From Vicugna vicugna (lineage: Eukaryota), in the NCBI GenBank assembly GCA_013265495.1, contig MU059000.1:2088118-2152117 (forward strand): a stretch of 64,000 bases of DNA. Reading direction: 5' to 3'. Position 1 is the stretch's first letter. Each line of letters begins with the position of its first letter. The position numbers were made by a program, and so were the translations under genes. Shown piece by piece: positions 21,883 through 35,503 of this stretch. A model generated the notes under the pieces. The model was not told where the DNA came from. It saw only the letters and a program-made list of their open reading frames with translations, and made no database searches.

Positions 21883-23840
21883 GCTTTTTTAACATTATAA
21901 TCATTTTTAAGTACATAGTTCATTAGTGTTAAGTACATTCACCTTGTTGTGCAACCGTCATCACTGTCCATCTCCAGAGCTTTCTCATCTTGCAAAACTG
22001 AAACTACCCATTAAACAGTAACTCTGCCTTTCCCCTCTCCCCCAGCCCTTGGCAGCTACCATTCTGCTTTCTGTCTCTATGAATTTGATCACTCTAAGAA
22101 CCTCACCTGAGTGGAATGCTATAGTATTTGTCTTTTTGTGACTGGCTTATTTCCCGTCGCGCAATGTCCCTAAGTTTCATCCACGTTGTAGTGTGCTGCA
22201 GGGTTTCCTCCCTTTTTAAGGCTGAATTATATTCCATTGTATGGACCCCCCACATTTGTTTATCCATTCATCCATCAATACACATTTGGGTTGCTCCCAC
22301 CTCTTGATTATTGTGAGAAGTGCTGCTGTGAACATAGCTATGCAAATATCTCCCCAATACCCTACTTTTAATTCTTTTGGATATGGACCCAGAAGTGAGA
22401 TTGCGGNNNNNNNNNNNNNNNNNNNNNNNNNNNNNNNNNNNNNNNNNNNNNNNNNNNNNNNNNNNNNNNNNNNNNNNNNNNNNNNNNNNNNNNNNNNNNN
22501 NNNNNNNNNNNNNNNNNNNNNNNNNNNNNNNNNNNNNNNNNNNNNNNNNNNNNNNNNNNNNNNNNNNNNNNNNNNNNGTGGGCGCGAGATGATGTCTCAC
22601 TGTGGTTTTTATTTACACTTCTCTGATGAGTAGTGATGTTCAGCATCTTTTCAGATGTTTCTTGGCTGTTTTATGTTTCTTTGGGAAAATATCTGTTCAA
22701 GTCTTTTGCCCAATTTTTAATCAAGCTATTTGATTTTTGTTGTTGTCGGGTTGTAGGAATTCTTTATACGTTCTGGATGTTAACCCCTTATCTGATATGT
22801 GATTTGTCAATTATGTTGTCAACTTTCCAACTTCACACCCTCCTGCTGCCTCACCCACAGCCTCACTGACAGGCTGTGACCACTCAGCCCCGGGGACCAG
22901 CACATCAGGGCGAGAAGGCTGGTCCCTGCCCTCTCCCTGACTGTGACCTAGTGACCTTCACATGTACCAAAGCCTGTTTCTTGTGTAGCCCATGCTGAAC
23001 CCCAGTAAAGGCGTTGTGTCTCTCAGCCCCTCAACTCTGAGTTCAGCTGGTTCCGTTGGTGTGCCCCTCAAATGGCCCTGCACAGCACGGCCTGCCGCCC
23101 CATCTCTGGGACCTGGGAGTGTAAGAAGCATCATTCTCCTGCCCCTCTCCTGACTCCCCTTTGGTGGCCAAACCTGACTGACCATCTCACAAAAGAACAC
23201 AAAATGCAAATATGTCTCCCACACCACACGGAGCCTTTTCACACTGTTGATCGTGTCCTTTGGTGCACAAAAGTGTTTTAAGTTTGANNNNNNNNNNNNN
23301 NNNNNNNNNNNNNNNNNNNNNNNNNNNNNNNNNNNNNNNNNNNNNNNNNNNNNNNNNNNNNNNNNNNNNNNNNNNNNNNNNNNNNNNNNNNNNNNNNNNN
23401 NNNNNNNNNNNNNNNNNNNNNNNNNNNNNNNNNNNNNTCTGTTTTGAGGTAACTTTTTCATTCACTGTAAGAGAAGGGTCCAACTGCATTCTTCCGCAGG
23501 AGGACATCCAGTTTTCCCATCACCCGCTGTTGGAGAGATCACCCTTTCCCAGCTGAAAGCTCCTGACACTGTCCTCCAGGATCACGTGGCCACATACGCC
23601 AGGGTGTATTTCTGGGCTGTCTGTTCTGTACCGTTAGTCTGTCTGTCCGTCCTTCTGCCAGCACCACACTGTTTTGATTACTGTGGCTTTGTTACATGTT
23701 TTGAAACCAGGAACTCTGAGTCCTCCAATTTTATTCTTCTTTTTCAAAAAAATGTTTGGTGTTTGGGATCATCTGAGATTCCATATGAATTTTGGTGTTT
23801 TTTTTCCTATTTCTGCAAAAAAAAATGCCATTGGAATTCT
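21883..23840 (-). mobile_element. Old L1MB-like element split by an LTR-like insertion
   Basis: TTGTTGTGCAACCGTCATCAC..., GTGGAATGCTATAGTATTTG. The L1 breaks at GATTTG (22806) and resumes at GCAAATATG (about 23206). Masked blocks at 22407-22577 and 23288-23437. Confidence 0.85.
22814..23199 (+). mobile_element. Solo LTR-like insertion (ERVL-class-like)
   Basis: About 385 bp with TG...CA ends, a poly(A)-signal-like CCCCAGTAAAGG and a terminus CTGACCATCTCACAAAAGAACA. It interrupts a colinear L1. TSD unclear. Confidence 0.55.
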
Positions 23841-25794
23841 GATGGTACACCTGCTTTTATGCACATCAAGTTTACGGCTCCTGTGGGATATCCAAGCCCA
23901 GTAGGCAGTGGCTTAGGACTCGGAAGGCACGGGGGGGAGTCTCTCCTCTTACGCGGTGTTCCCAAGCGCTTCAAATGATGGCTGCCTTCCAAAAAAGCAG
24001 CAGGAGAAACAGATCCCAAAGGAAAAGGAGCTTCTGTATTGTTGGTATTTGTCTTGCTTCTCTGTTCGTCCATAGAGTCTATACCAAGTATTTTTAAAAT
24101 AAAATCATTTGACTTGATTTTCTCAGAGAGAAGAGAAGGCTTTGCTAAATTTGAGGGAAATCCACTGCATGAGGCGAAGAGGAGGCTGCCTTTCACGCTG
24201 CTCTTTCCATCTGACCTGAGTGCTGCATCCAGTGGCCAGAACAGCGTGGCAAGGTGCTTGAGGGCCGGGCAACCAGCTACCCATAGCTACTGCGGTCTGA
24301 GGACATGGCCCGGGGGTCTGCATTATGGCCAAGTGCCCCTAAGATTGTTAAGCTTGTGAATGTTTGAAAAATCCTGAACTAGATCAAATAAAAGTTTAGC
24401 CCAATGGAATTCAACTAAGAAGATAATTCTCATAATCAGAATAGCATTCTTGCACAGTTGTCAACATACAATTGGATCCCAATTCACATAGGAGAGCCTC
24501 TTACAAGTTCAGCGCCTGTTGATTCTTCCTAAGACCCATGTCTTTACTTCTGTTTACACCTCCTAAAACGTGACGCTTATTCTTTAAGAAACGCAGTCAT
24601 GAAGTACGCCTTGAGCTATGTGACTTACTTTCTCTTTAAGATTGAATAGCATTTCCAGCCATATCTTATATCATGATCCTCACACTTGAGGAATCCTTTA
24701 CACTAGCTGTTAAAGTCATTAAGCCAATGTCCTCGATTTAATCTTTCAGGTTGACCGGCCAGCATTGAGTCACCGTAATCTTCTAGGTCAGACAGGAAAA
24801 GAATTGACGTCGTTACAAAATACCACTGCGTAAGTGTCTTTGGGAAAATGGCAGCCAAGTGTACACAGTTGGGTAATGAGATGTGATGGACAGCAGTCCC
24901 TGGGCAGGTGAGCTGGAAGGCCTGGCACCTGGCATCGCACCCCTAGCGGTCCCTGAGTGTCAGCTGTCGAGGACCTGTGACACTTTCTCTGACATGACAC
25001 ATCTGTCTCAGGGACGTATCAAGATGTTTCCTCTCCCCAGACAATCAGCCCATTAGGGATGATAATTTGGCTCTTGCTATTCTCCAGGGACACGTGCAGT
25101 AAGGGGTGTTTCCTACAAGGGGCTTCCACCGTGAGCCAGCAACGTTGATCTGCAGCTAAAAACAGAGATGCACAAAAATAAACCTCCAGCTTCTCACCCT
25201 AAACAATGAAGACGTTTTCCAGAAAAACACACACAGTCTAAGTAGCCTCAGAGGTAGCCAGCCCTCTTCCCCAGCTTTTACTTTCTAAAAAAAGGGAAAA
25301 TAAAAAAAGGGGATCAGCTGGCCTCCCTGGTTTCCCTCATCTGTAACACTGCCTGCCCAGCAGAGTTCTAACCCACATGTGCCCAACCGGCCTTGCACTT
25401 GTTTCTGGCTTTCCTGAGCAAACAGAAGTTATTTTTAGCCATTCATTTTAATATCATAAGCAACATAAATACCTCCATGTCAGAAGTTAATGTTAGCATT
25501 CAACACAGTTTTAAAGAGATAGGCCAGGATAACTCAGTTCCAGCCACACATCCATCCTCTCTCTCTCCCTCTGTCTCTCCTCCCAACTTAAGTGAAAGAG
25601 AGGAAAAACTGGAGGCAATTATCAGAGGTCAGAGAGGTAGACGACTGTATGGGTCCAAATTGCCCAGGCGCTTTGATGGTGCAGACCAGCAAGTCCAGGA
25701 GCCAAGTGTAGGCCAGAGGGCCAAACTCTGAAGACAAGGCAAATCTCAAGTGAATTTATATCGAAATTAAGATTTTTTTAAATTATTCACTCTC

Positions 25795-25902
25795 TTGAAC
25801 AAGATTATGAAAAAGAATACATCTGTGTATAAGTGAATCACTATGCTGTGCACCTGAAACTAACACAACATTGTACATCAACTCTATTACAATAAAAAAA
25901 AA
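25795..25902 (+). mobile_element. 108-bp L1 3'-end insertion with perfect 10-bp TSD
   Basis: TSD ATTCACTCTC at 25785-25794 and 25903-25912; body GAAAAAGAATAC...CTGAAACTAACACAACATTGTA. Confidence 0.9.
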
Positions 25903-26634
25903 ATTCACTCTCATCCTGGGGTCCCGATCATAAGACACCACGCAGTGAGTCTACCTGCCAGAGAACCAGAGGTCTGCCCTCGCGAGTAACTGTGGTTCAG
26001 GACAGACGAACAGGCTGCCCTGTGTGGGATGGGGAGACCTCCGGCAGTGAAGGCGGGGCGGGGCGGGCGGGCACGGGACCCCGGGAGCCGGGGTTTGTAT
26101 CCATGTTCTGCTGATCCATGTTTGTGTACTTGTTCGTATCCCTTGTCACACCACCGTCTTCCTGCCGGTGTCCCCAGACCAAGCCCAGTCTAGTCAATTT
26201 CCCCAGTCCCTTCCAACTTCCACCGTTCTCACTGAGACTTCTGCTACAGAAGCCACATTCTGCTGGTGTCTGCCTTTTGGTTTTAATCAAGGCAAACCCA
26301 GGCAAAGACAGCATCCTGTGTGCATCGGCCCTCCAGTCATGGGGTGTGGAAAGGAGGCTCGGGGTTCCTCTGCCTCCAGTGGGTGTCTGGCCGCCCTGGC
26401 CCACCTCTGCCCACCACTCAGCTCCTCCTGGCCCAGGTCTCTCCATGTGTCCGTCCTGGTGATTTTTAAAGCCTCTTCCAGCCACCGGTTTCCTGGAGTG
26501 GGAGGTGGGGTCATTCCTGCTTTCCCTCCCTCAAGCAAAGATCCACCCCACCCCAGTGCTCATCCACAGTGTGAGAGCACACACCAGTTCTTCTGCCACC
26601 CTCGTCCCCAGGAGCCTCTGACCAGCTTTGGGGG

Positions 26635-27011
26635 TGTTGAAAACAATCAATAAACAATCTATAAAAGGAACAGAAAATAGTTTTATTTGAGCCAAACTGA
26701 GGACTAGAACTAGGGGAGACACAGGTTCAAGAAGCACGTGAATTGTGTCCCACTGGACTACAAAACGAGGGAGGCTTAGAAAGGCAGAAACGGCAAAATT
26801 CTGTGAGTTGTTTGTCAAGAATTACAATTGGAGCTGCAAGAAGCGAGGATTGTTTGGGCTCTGAAATGGTTACACAGTCAAGGGGTGACCTTGAGACCAT
26901 GAGGCTGCAGCTGGCAGCTCCCAGCAGAACCTTTTTGAGAATGGCTGGTGGTGTCCTTGAGTTTGGCACGGGTCAGAAAATTCATGGAACGTGTTTGAAA
27001 CCACACCAACA
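26635..27011 (-). mobile_element. Solo ERV LTR
   Basis: Minus strand runs TGTTGG...TTTTCAACA, with CAGTTTGGCTCAAATAAAAC poly(A) signal near the 3' end. No clear TSD. Confidence 0.7.
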
Positions 27012-27678
27012 ATGAGCGCCCAGCTCCCTCCTGGGTGCCTGAACCACAACGACTCCATTTTGATTTTGATTTTTAAACGCATTCTTGTCTTTGATGGTTA
27101 AAGCAAATGGACAAGGGCCACAGACAAGCTCTCCAGTTAGCATAAAGCTTAAATTACATCATACGTAAGCCAGAATGACTTCCCCAAAGCGACATTCAGC
27201 CCACCTTGAATTCCAACAGAGCTCCAGTCCTGGCTCCATGGTGGGTCTGTGCCGGGGGCCGAGGGGAGTACCTCCATCCCGGGCTGCAGTCAGCTCTGCT
27301 GGAAACTCGAGCACTGCTCGGGTGTCAAGGAGGCTGGGGGCAGGAGAGACGGGCAGCGACTGCACATGAGAACTCTAGGACAGCAGGACTTTGGGACACC
27401 CCCAGGCAATGTCCAGTCTGACACAACTGTTCTTATCAGTGTTGGGAGAATATTCAGACTATCGTCTTCCTGAAAGACCGAACCACAAAATGCCAAGTGT
27501 CAGATTCCTAAGAATGTGACTAACGGAATCCCGTTTCTCCGCTCTGGTTCGTCCTTTCCCTTATTCTCTCCCCGGTAAATACTAACTAAGCACGTGCTCA
27601 GCACCTAGGACCAAGCTTCCTGCTGGTGGTCATGGCGTCTGACTTGCTTTATATTATTTTAGTGTAGTCAGTGTGCAA

Positions 27679-27709
<31 letters not shown>

Positions 27710-27734
27710 CGCGCGCGCGCGCACGTGCGTACAC
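27679..27734. repeat. Compound (GT)n-(GC)n microsatellite, 56 bp of unbroken RY alternation
   Basis: Read directly; includes (GC)7 at 27709-27722. Confidence 0.95.
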
Positions 27735-28004
27735 TCAAGTGCGCCAGCTAGTATCAGCTCAAATTCACGCATGTGTGACCAGGAGCGCACACTCCAGGGG
27801 CTCTTGATTAGCTGCACATCCGACACCGGCCAGAGACAGCGTGACCACCCTTCTGCCCCGAAGACAATCCCAGCTGGCACTAAGGACTTGCTCTCCAGTA
27901 TCCTGACCATCGAAAATGGGTATTCGTTGCCAACACTAGCGACTTACTCATTATCATAACAAATGTCAGAACTGGGCTCTTACTGGTGAAACATTCATTC
28001 AAGA

Positions 28005-28180
28005 CAGGAGTGATGGTGTAAAAGGTTGGGACATTTCATTTGGAAGATGAAAAGGTTCTGGAGGAGAAGGGAGTGATGGTCCCACAGCAAAGTGAATGTA
28101 TTTAATGCCACTGAACTGCACACTTAAAATGGTTAAAATGTAACTTTAATGTTATGTGCATTTTATCACAAAATTTTTTT
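28005..28180 (+). mobile_element. L1MB-like 3'-end fragment
   Basis: TTTGGAAGATGAAAAGGTTCTGGAG...GCCACTGAACTGCACACTTAAAATGGTTAAAATG. Confidence 0.8.
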
Positions 28181-28361
28181 TAAGATTTAGACACTGCCCA
28201 TCCTCGCAGGAACATGGACTATCCACAGTGAAGCTTGTCACCAGCATCCTCCGGAGTGGCCCCCGAGGCGTGGTCCCTGGAGGGTGCCCGCCTCACTGCT
28301 GCTTTGGGAGGACTTCTGATTGTTTAGTGCCAACCAGAAAGTTCCAAATCAGGGCCCTGTT

Positions 28362-28530
28362 GCAGAGGTCAGCAAGCTTCTGCCATAAAGGGCCGGATAG
28401 TAAATATTTTATCTCTGTGGACCACAGCATGTCTGCTGCCATTACTCAACGCTGCCGTCACCGCCGGAAAGCAGTCACGGACAGTATCTCAGTGAATGTG
28501 GAGCTGTGTTCCAATAAAATTCCAAAAACA
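28362..28530. mobile_element. MER58A-like hAT MITE
   Basis: CAGAGGTCAGCAAGCTTCTGCCATAAAGGGCCGGATAGTAAATATTTT...GCTGTGTTCCAATAAAA. Confidence 0.8.
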
Positions 28531-28929
28531 CAAAAACCCTCAAAAAAAAAAAAAAAAAAGGAAAACCAAGCCTTCTGCTTGAAGGGGTAAGGGCTAAATG
28601 AGGACAGACGTAAGGGACTTAATCGGGTTTTCCCAGGGAAGAGATGGGGAGGGCTAACCTTGCATTTCTAGCACTGACTGGGAGAGTGGGGGAGGGGGAG
28701 CTTAAATCCCAAGGAAAGCCACAATCAGCCTGTCTCCCTGATCATTTCAGGCACTTCCCTGGGGGGGAGGGGGCCACCCTGTAGCGCCCTCCTTGGAGAA
28801 CCAGAGCTGACATTTACTTCGCGTCTCTTGGTCCTGTTTTTCCCCTCTGATTTGCCTTAGTTCTGAGAAATGCAGAAAATGTCTTTTGCAGGGATTTCTT
28901 TTCAGCACCTCTGATATTCTGGGGCCAGA

Positions 28930-29075
28930 CATTCAACCCCTGGCACCGCCACTTACGATGTGTGTAACCCAGCACAAGTTGTGAACTTCTCTGCACCTCG
29001 GTTTCCACTGTAGAATGGGGATCGCTAATTCGTGAGGATTAAGTGAGAACACACACGAAAAGCGCGTAGCAGCTT
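28930..29075. mobile_element. MIR
   Basis: Core CTTCTCTGCACCTCGGTTTCCACTGTAGAATGGGGAT...GTGAGGATTAAGTGAG. Confidence 0.7.
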
Positions 29076-29140
29076 CCTTGATTATTACCCAGGCTGGCAC
29101 CTGCCCTCCCGGCCAGGGCACATGCTGCTGAAAGAGTCCT

Positions 29141-29427
29141 TCGACATAGGAAACAAGCTATGGTTACCAAAGGGGAAAGTGGGGGAGGGATAAACCAGGG
29201 GTCGGGGATTGGCAGACACACATCACTGTATATAAAATAGATACACTACAAGGACCTACTGTAGAGCACAGGGAACTATATCCAAATTTTTATAATAACA
29301 TATAAAGGAAAAGAATCTGGAAAGAAAATACATGTATGTATGTGCATGTGTAACTGAATCAGTTTGCTGTACACCTGAAACTAACATTGGAAACAGACAA
29401 CACGTCGATAAAAAATTTCTTTTTTAA
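29141..29427 (+). mobile_element. 287-bp L1 3' UTR insertion with perfect 10-bp TSD
   Basis: TSD AAAGAGTCCT at 29131-29140 and 29428-29437; element begins at GACATAGGAAACAAG. Confidence 0.92.
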
Positions 29428-29537
29428 AAAGAGTCCTCTCGGGTCTAATGGGGTTGCCCTGCCTTTGGGACCTAGGGCAGTGTGCTAGGCCAGCTAACAG
29501 ATTTGGGGCCGCACTGGGGGACGGCGGGAAGCCAAGT

Positions 29538-29690
29538 CGGGCTCAAATCCCTGCCCTATCAATTTGCTCATAGAATGACCTTGAGCACGTTAATTAACAT
29601 CTGGATCCCAGTTTCCCCTGCTCGCAAATGAATATCTAATACTCATTGGATTGGAGGTAACACCTGTAAGGCGTTATCTGGAAGGACTGA
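29538..29690. mobile_element. MIR
   Basis: GGGCTCAAATCCCTGCCC...TGACCTTGAGCACGTTAATTAAC...CAGTTTCCCC. Confidence 0.6.
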
Positions 29691-30561
29691 CTCCAGTTAA
29701 TTTTCTCGTTTCCCCGTATAACATCTTCACAGGAAGGAGAAAAGGTAATCCTCATTCCAGGGCCCCTCACTGGGCATTCCTGAAGTCCTGCGTGATGACT
29801 CGAAGTTAGGACGTGGCCCGCAGTTCCAGCCACCACTAGGAATTCTGCCAGAGGCAAATGTAACGTACAAGAGTAAAGCAAAGTACCCTTGCAGTGAGCT
29901 GGACCCCAGACCCGATGAACAAAGCATCGTTCCCACAGGAATTGTCCTTGTATCACTGGGATGTTTTTCTTGATAAAATGTTTCAAAATGTTAAACGTAA
30001 TGATTTTAAAGAGCCAGAATTCTCCTTCCTACTACAGCTATTTTTGTTCTTAGCTATTACCTTGCAGCCTTTGCCCATATGCAGACATGATTTCTCATAA
30101 TTTCTGTCAAGGAGTAAATGATTTCTATCCTACTGTTTTATGTGACATTCATTATCCATCACCCAATAAAACTGCTTCAGAACAGACCATCTTGTAAAAG
30201 TTTTACAGCATTGGATGTGAGTAGCATATTCAGGTTTATGCTGTGTTGGGCTCCTTATGGCCACAGTTTTATCATTTTCCTTTGTTCTCTTTAGTTGAGT
30301 ACATTCTTTGCAAAAATTTGGAAGGCTTTGATGCTTTATATGTGTAATGCATACCCGTATAAAGGTGAGAACAAATAGATTCTTCATCTGATTACAGGCA
30401 GGAATTTGATCTGGGGACTGATTTCACACTTGGAGAAACTGGGGTACCAACACATTCACGCAACGTACTCATCTCATTTTTAAGTGACCAGGAAAAGCAA
30501 TGCTGTGGATTTCAGCAGTGGGGTCCCATGACAAATCACCCAACATTTCCAGAACACCCTC

Positions 30562-30620
30562 GTCCTGGGCTCAATCCCCAGTACCTCCATTAACAAAAAA
30601 TAAAGTTTTAAAAAATAAAA
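30562..30620 (+). mobile_element. 5'-truncated vic-1-like SINE
   Basis: GTCCTGGGCTCAATCCCCAGTACCTCCATTAA plus an A-rich tail. Confidence 0.8.
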
Positions 30621-33099
30621 GAATTCCCCAAGAAAGTTAAAGGGAAAAGCCCCCCTGGACGCACTGGAAGTCTGGAGCAGCAGTAAAGTAATAGGGGAGG
30701 GGCTGGGGGAGATTTAGGGCCATAATCTGTTACACACACACTGGGTGCAGCGAGAACAAACTGGAAGGCCGCTCGGCCTGCTTGAGGAGGGAGGATGCAG
30801 CGCTGTCCTCCTCAGTGGGTCTTAGGTCCTATCGAAGCCCATTGTTTAATGGAGCCCAGGCCGAACAATGTTCCATTGTGGCGAAGGCAGACGAGCTGGT
30901 TAAATCCGAGGTTCCCAGATCCCTGCCTTCATTTTCAGCCTCCAGGACGGTACCCAAGGACGGTTCTGCCCTCGCTGCCTGGGCTGCCACTGTGCTGTCC
31001 GTGTGAGTAAGGGAGGTGGACAGGATCCTTGATGTGGGTTGAGGACCCTGGAAGTCTCTCGACCTTGCTCTGATTTTTATTTAGTACGAAGACTATAGCG
31101 CATACTTCCAGAAAGATGGCCAAGGGGAAACTGTGGAATGACGGATTCAGAGCCTGCTGCCTCTCTGCAAAGCCACCTTTGGGACTAGGATGCTTCACGC
31201 AGATGGAAGATGCTCTTAAGGATTTTATGCAAATCAGTGGATGGTTGCAAATTTTCATTTTAAAGGGGGTTTGAAGAGCAACTTCAATTGCAATTTTGCT
31301 TTAAATAAGCCTGGAAGGGCATTAGGACCAAATGGATTTTAACAGCCCTGGACCAAAACAACAGCTGTATGGCGACCAAGTGTTCTTGCAGCCCCAGATT
31401 TCTGGGTCACGTGACACCTTTGTATCGCCACAAACGTACAAGGACTGGGTGAGCAGCCAACTGGAAATGGTCCATAAGGAAGGACTGGGGTGATGGGAAG
31501 TTGCCTGGCAGTACTTCCTACCTCGCCTCCCAGGTGGGGACGATGATGGGCGGCTGTGTGGGGAGGTTTTACATCGCTTGCCGACGGTTCCTACAGAGGA
31601 GCAAAGAAATGAAAACCCAGATGCTTCGACGGAGGGGAGATGTTGTCATTGCCATGTGCCCCGTGGCCGTGACTTTGTCTTTTCCTTCCTAGCTGGGTCG
31701 GAGGATTTTGGTACAAGACCCCAAGACAAGAATGCCTGCTGGATGTGGGGGTACACAGAAAGAAGAGGCTGGGTTTGCGCACTCTTAGGCTGGTTCCCTT
31801 GAGAAAGGATGAGCTGCAGAGTCTAAAATGTGTCCCTCCATCTGGTCAGGGAGCCTGTGGTGTGGATGTGGGCGGAAAGCCCCCAGCCCCGCTGCCGCCT
31901 GCCCCGGGGGGTCACTGGCTGACAGCTCGGCCTCTCTGGTGCATCTCTTCCTCCGTCTGCAAGACGGGGCATAGCAGCCCTACCTTCCACACTAGGACAC
32001 CGCTGGGGTGCAGAGTGCGTGCTTTATACGAGTACGTTAGTTGCATTTTGTGTTGCTTAACAAAGCCAGGCAAGGCTGGTACTTGAATCGCACCCACGGC
32101 GTCTTCCTCCAGGAGCCACTGGCAGCAGGCGCACCTCTTCCTAGCCGGCCCCACTTCCACACTGACTAGTTGCGAGCTGCCTTCCATATTTGCAGACGCT
32201 GTGTTTCCTCCTTTCCTCCGTGGGGTCCGGAGTGTCCGGAGTGTCCGGACGACGACTTACTCAGGCTCAGCAGGGAGCCCCTTAGGGCTAAACTCCTGGG
32301 AAAGGTGGAAATAGGCCCGAGGGACGGAGGTGGGGGGTGGGGGAGCACTTGTCGGGAAATAAACCGTAATACACATTTCTCTGGTCCGAATATTAGCTCA
32401 GATCTAACTTTGGATGGAGGAGACGTGGGTAACATTTTCTAAATTGTGTTAGGACCTTCCTAACTTAATTTTTCTGCCTTTTATATGTTCAGCTATGTAT
32501 TTTTAAGACTCTTGGGTTCCAGTTCTTCAGATCTCTACCCAACGCCCTGACTCATTAGAGCGTGTTCCTTTTTCCTATCTGCCGTCCCCTCACCAGCCTC
32601 AGTGGATACTCAGGGGGCGTGGGCGACTAAATGTGACACGGAACCTTCGTCATGAAGGTCGTCATAGACGAAGACAAGTGACAGTCCTTCCTGTGGCTCA
32701 TTGGAGCTGCTTCCCCCCCTATGAAGGGGGCTCAGATGAGATCCCACCCCGTCAGGACGGAGTGAACGGTCTCCTTTCACTGTGGGGATTTTGTCTGCTG
32801 CTCGCACCCCGCCCGCCCGTCCCCCACGCCCCTCCGGGGCTCAGTGATAGTCAGCCCATCGCAGGGGCAGGGGGAGAGGGGGGTCCACGTGGATTCCTCT
32901 GGACCACTCAGCCCTCACCCTCCTCCCAACACCCACCCACAGGAAAACCTGAGATTCCTCTGAGCAAGTTTAGTTCAGGTCGGCAATGCTGCGGGGCTGA
33001 CTCTCACAGAACAACATCTGTGCTGGGCTCCGGGAATACAAAACTAGGCGAATGCCTGTCCTTTAAGGGTCTCTCCACCTTAGTGGGGGAGAGTCAGAG

Positions 33100-33370
33100 A
33101 ACCAGCGCCGGGAGGTGAGGAAGTCAGTGTGAGGCACGCGCTCAAGAGCGCGGCGCGAGGAGGGCGGGAGGGCCTGGGCGGCGGCGGCGGCGGCTCTCAC
33201 GGCCACGCGGGTTCAGCTCTGCGGGCCCGCGGCCAGCTTAGACCAGACGGAGGACCGTGCGGTGCTGGGCCTCGGAGGGCTTCTGAGCTGCTCCCCGAAC
33301 GTTCTGACAGAATCGGACGGGACTGCGTGGGAGGTGAGAGACCAGCGGCGGGAGAGCCCGGCCCCCATTA
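33100..33370. promoter_or_regulatory. CpG-rich element with GGC repeat and short hairpin
   Basis: Short GGC run at about 33177-33194; inverted repeat CGCGCTC-AA-GAGCGCG at 33137-33152; ETS-like AGGAAGT. Confidence 0.5.
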
Positions 33371-34049
33371 GCCTTCGCACAAGGGAGCTGATAAAGCCCC
33401 CTCTTCAAACACAGTCTTGGCAACCCCTTTGTCAGATGCAATTACGTTTTCTAATCTCGCGGTGACTTCCTGGCAGGTACGAGGGGCTCGGGTTAAGGTT
33501 ATCAGTCTGGGTTCTATCCAGCTGAAGGCTGCAGGTCTCAGCTTTATTAAGCATTGTCCTGGCCCCACAGGTGGTGTCACAGCAAAGCAATCCCTAAGCC
33601 CGGACAGACTGACCCCCACCCCCGGGCTCGGGGCCGTCTAATCCGCGCCTATCTCTGGGCAGTGGCATCGCTACGCCCCTCCCTGCGGCTTGAGAAGCCG
33701 GAGACTGATGTAACTTCAAAGGCATCTGGTGAAACTCAGACTGAGGGGTGCCTGCTGCGTCCAGGGTGACCCCCGAGCGGTGCGCACCTCACAGGTGGGG
33801 TCTGGATCACGCCTGAGGCTCATGGTTGCTAGGCCCCGAGGTTTCCCCTACGAGGAGGCTGTCGGTGTGACGAGGTGATTAAACACAAGTGGCCTTAAGA
33901 CCTGGTCTGAGATTGTGTTAAAAATCTTCGGTGCTGGAGTGACCCGTCCACCATGCACAGCTGCTTACTTGTGAGCTGGTCAAAGAGAAGAAAACCCGGG
34001 GTGGGGCCTGCGGAGGGACCAGCTTAGTACTTACGACATCAACCTTACA

Positions 34050-34336
34050 TTTCTTTTTTTTCAATTGAAGTATAATCGGCTTATAAGTATTAATTTCTGG
34101 TGTACAGCATAATGACCCAGTTATACACACACACATGCATGTTCCTTTTCGCTGTGGGCTGTAACGAGGTGTGGAATGCAGCCCCCGTGCTGCACAGCAC
34201 ACACGTGCTGTCTGCCTGTTCTACATGCAGTAGTATCTGCAGATCCCAAGCTCCCACTTTGTCCCTCCGCCCGCCGCCTCCCCCCCTCCCTGGTAACCAG
34301 AAATTTGGTTTCTGTGCCTGTAAGTCTGTTTCTATT
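34050..34336 (-). mobile_element. Cetartiodactyl-type L1 3' UTR fragment
   Basis: TTTTTTCAATTGAAGTATA...TGGTGTACAGCATAATG...GGTAACCAGAAATTTGGTTTC. Confidence 0.85.
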
Positions 34337-35503
34337 AATCTTAAATTCTTAAAGTTACTCAATTCTTTCTTTTGGTGAATTTTTCTCTTTTTGGGGGAAA
34401 TATTTTCCTAGTAGTTTTAGGATTTCTCCAGCCCGCTAAGGACTGAGTTGATTACAAGCCCCTTCGCCCTCTCCATAAACAACAGAGATGAATTCTCCAC
34501 CAAACCTAAGAGTTATGAAGCTCAGTACTTCTCTCTTGTCAAGTTAGAGCCGCGAATGTCTGTTTGGTTACATTCTATAAACTTGCAGCTCCGTTCTTCA
34601 GAAATAACTGAACAACACCTGCGCTTCCCAGGCACGGAGGGGAGGTCCCTCCTCTCCACTCGGTCCTCACCCTTGACCTCTGCAAGCGACACCCGCATTC
34701 CTCGGGGGTAGCTGTTAAGACGTGGGACAGCAAAGGTGTCCTTATGAGAAAGTTCTCCTGTACTTTTGTTACCAGTTGGCCCTTTCAGAAGTGCTAAGGG
34801 CTTTGATATCCAGTTAATTTCAGCACCATGAGATGATGAATGGTGGGTGATATAAACCAGCACCTGGTCTGGGGTGATCAGGGAAGTCGTGCCCGAGGGC
34901 GTTGGGAAGCCTGGTGGGCGGGGAACGGGGGACCCGGGAAGCCATCACGGCCCTGCCGCTAAGCCAGCGCTGCGACCCGAGTCACTGGGCCTCTTGCTGC
35001 TCCCTTCTCCCGAGGGCCCCGTGCCGTCACTTCCAGGTACAAAACGTGTGTGCTGAGGATGGTCCCTTGTGACACTGGGACTTGACCTTGGACAGGGGGC
35101 CTTCTTTCTTTCTTGTACCACCTTTAACTTATGAGAACCATGCAGTCTAATCTATTCAAAGAAAGTGGTGCAATTAATGCCAAGATGATGACTCTGCCAG
35201 AAAAAACAAAACCCTGGTCACTCTTTTAAAGTCACCTGTGTTACCACGGGCCAGGTAAGCTCTTCACAAGACACCCCCGGGTTAGACCTCACACCGACCT
35301 CTGGTCAGCATACCCATTTCTGAGATGCAGAAAGTGGAGTAGAGAGGTTAGGAATGAGCCCAGGGCACTCCCCAAGGGAAGCTGGGGCGCATAAATCCAG
35401 ACTTCGCGCTCTTCACTGTCACTCCTGGTATCTAAACTCTCAGCAATTCGAACTGCATCTCATGTGAACACCAGGCATGCAAACAGCAGTCAGTGTGTTA
35501 CAC

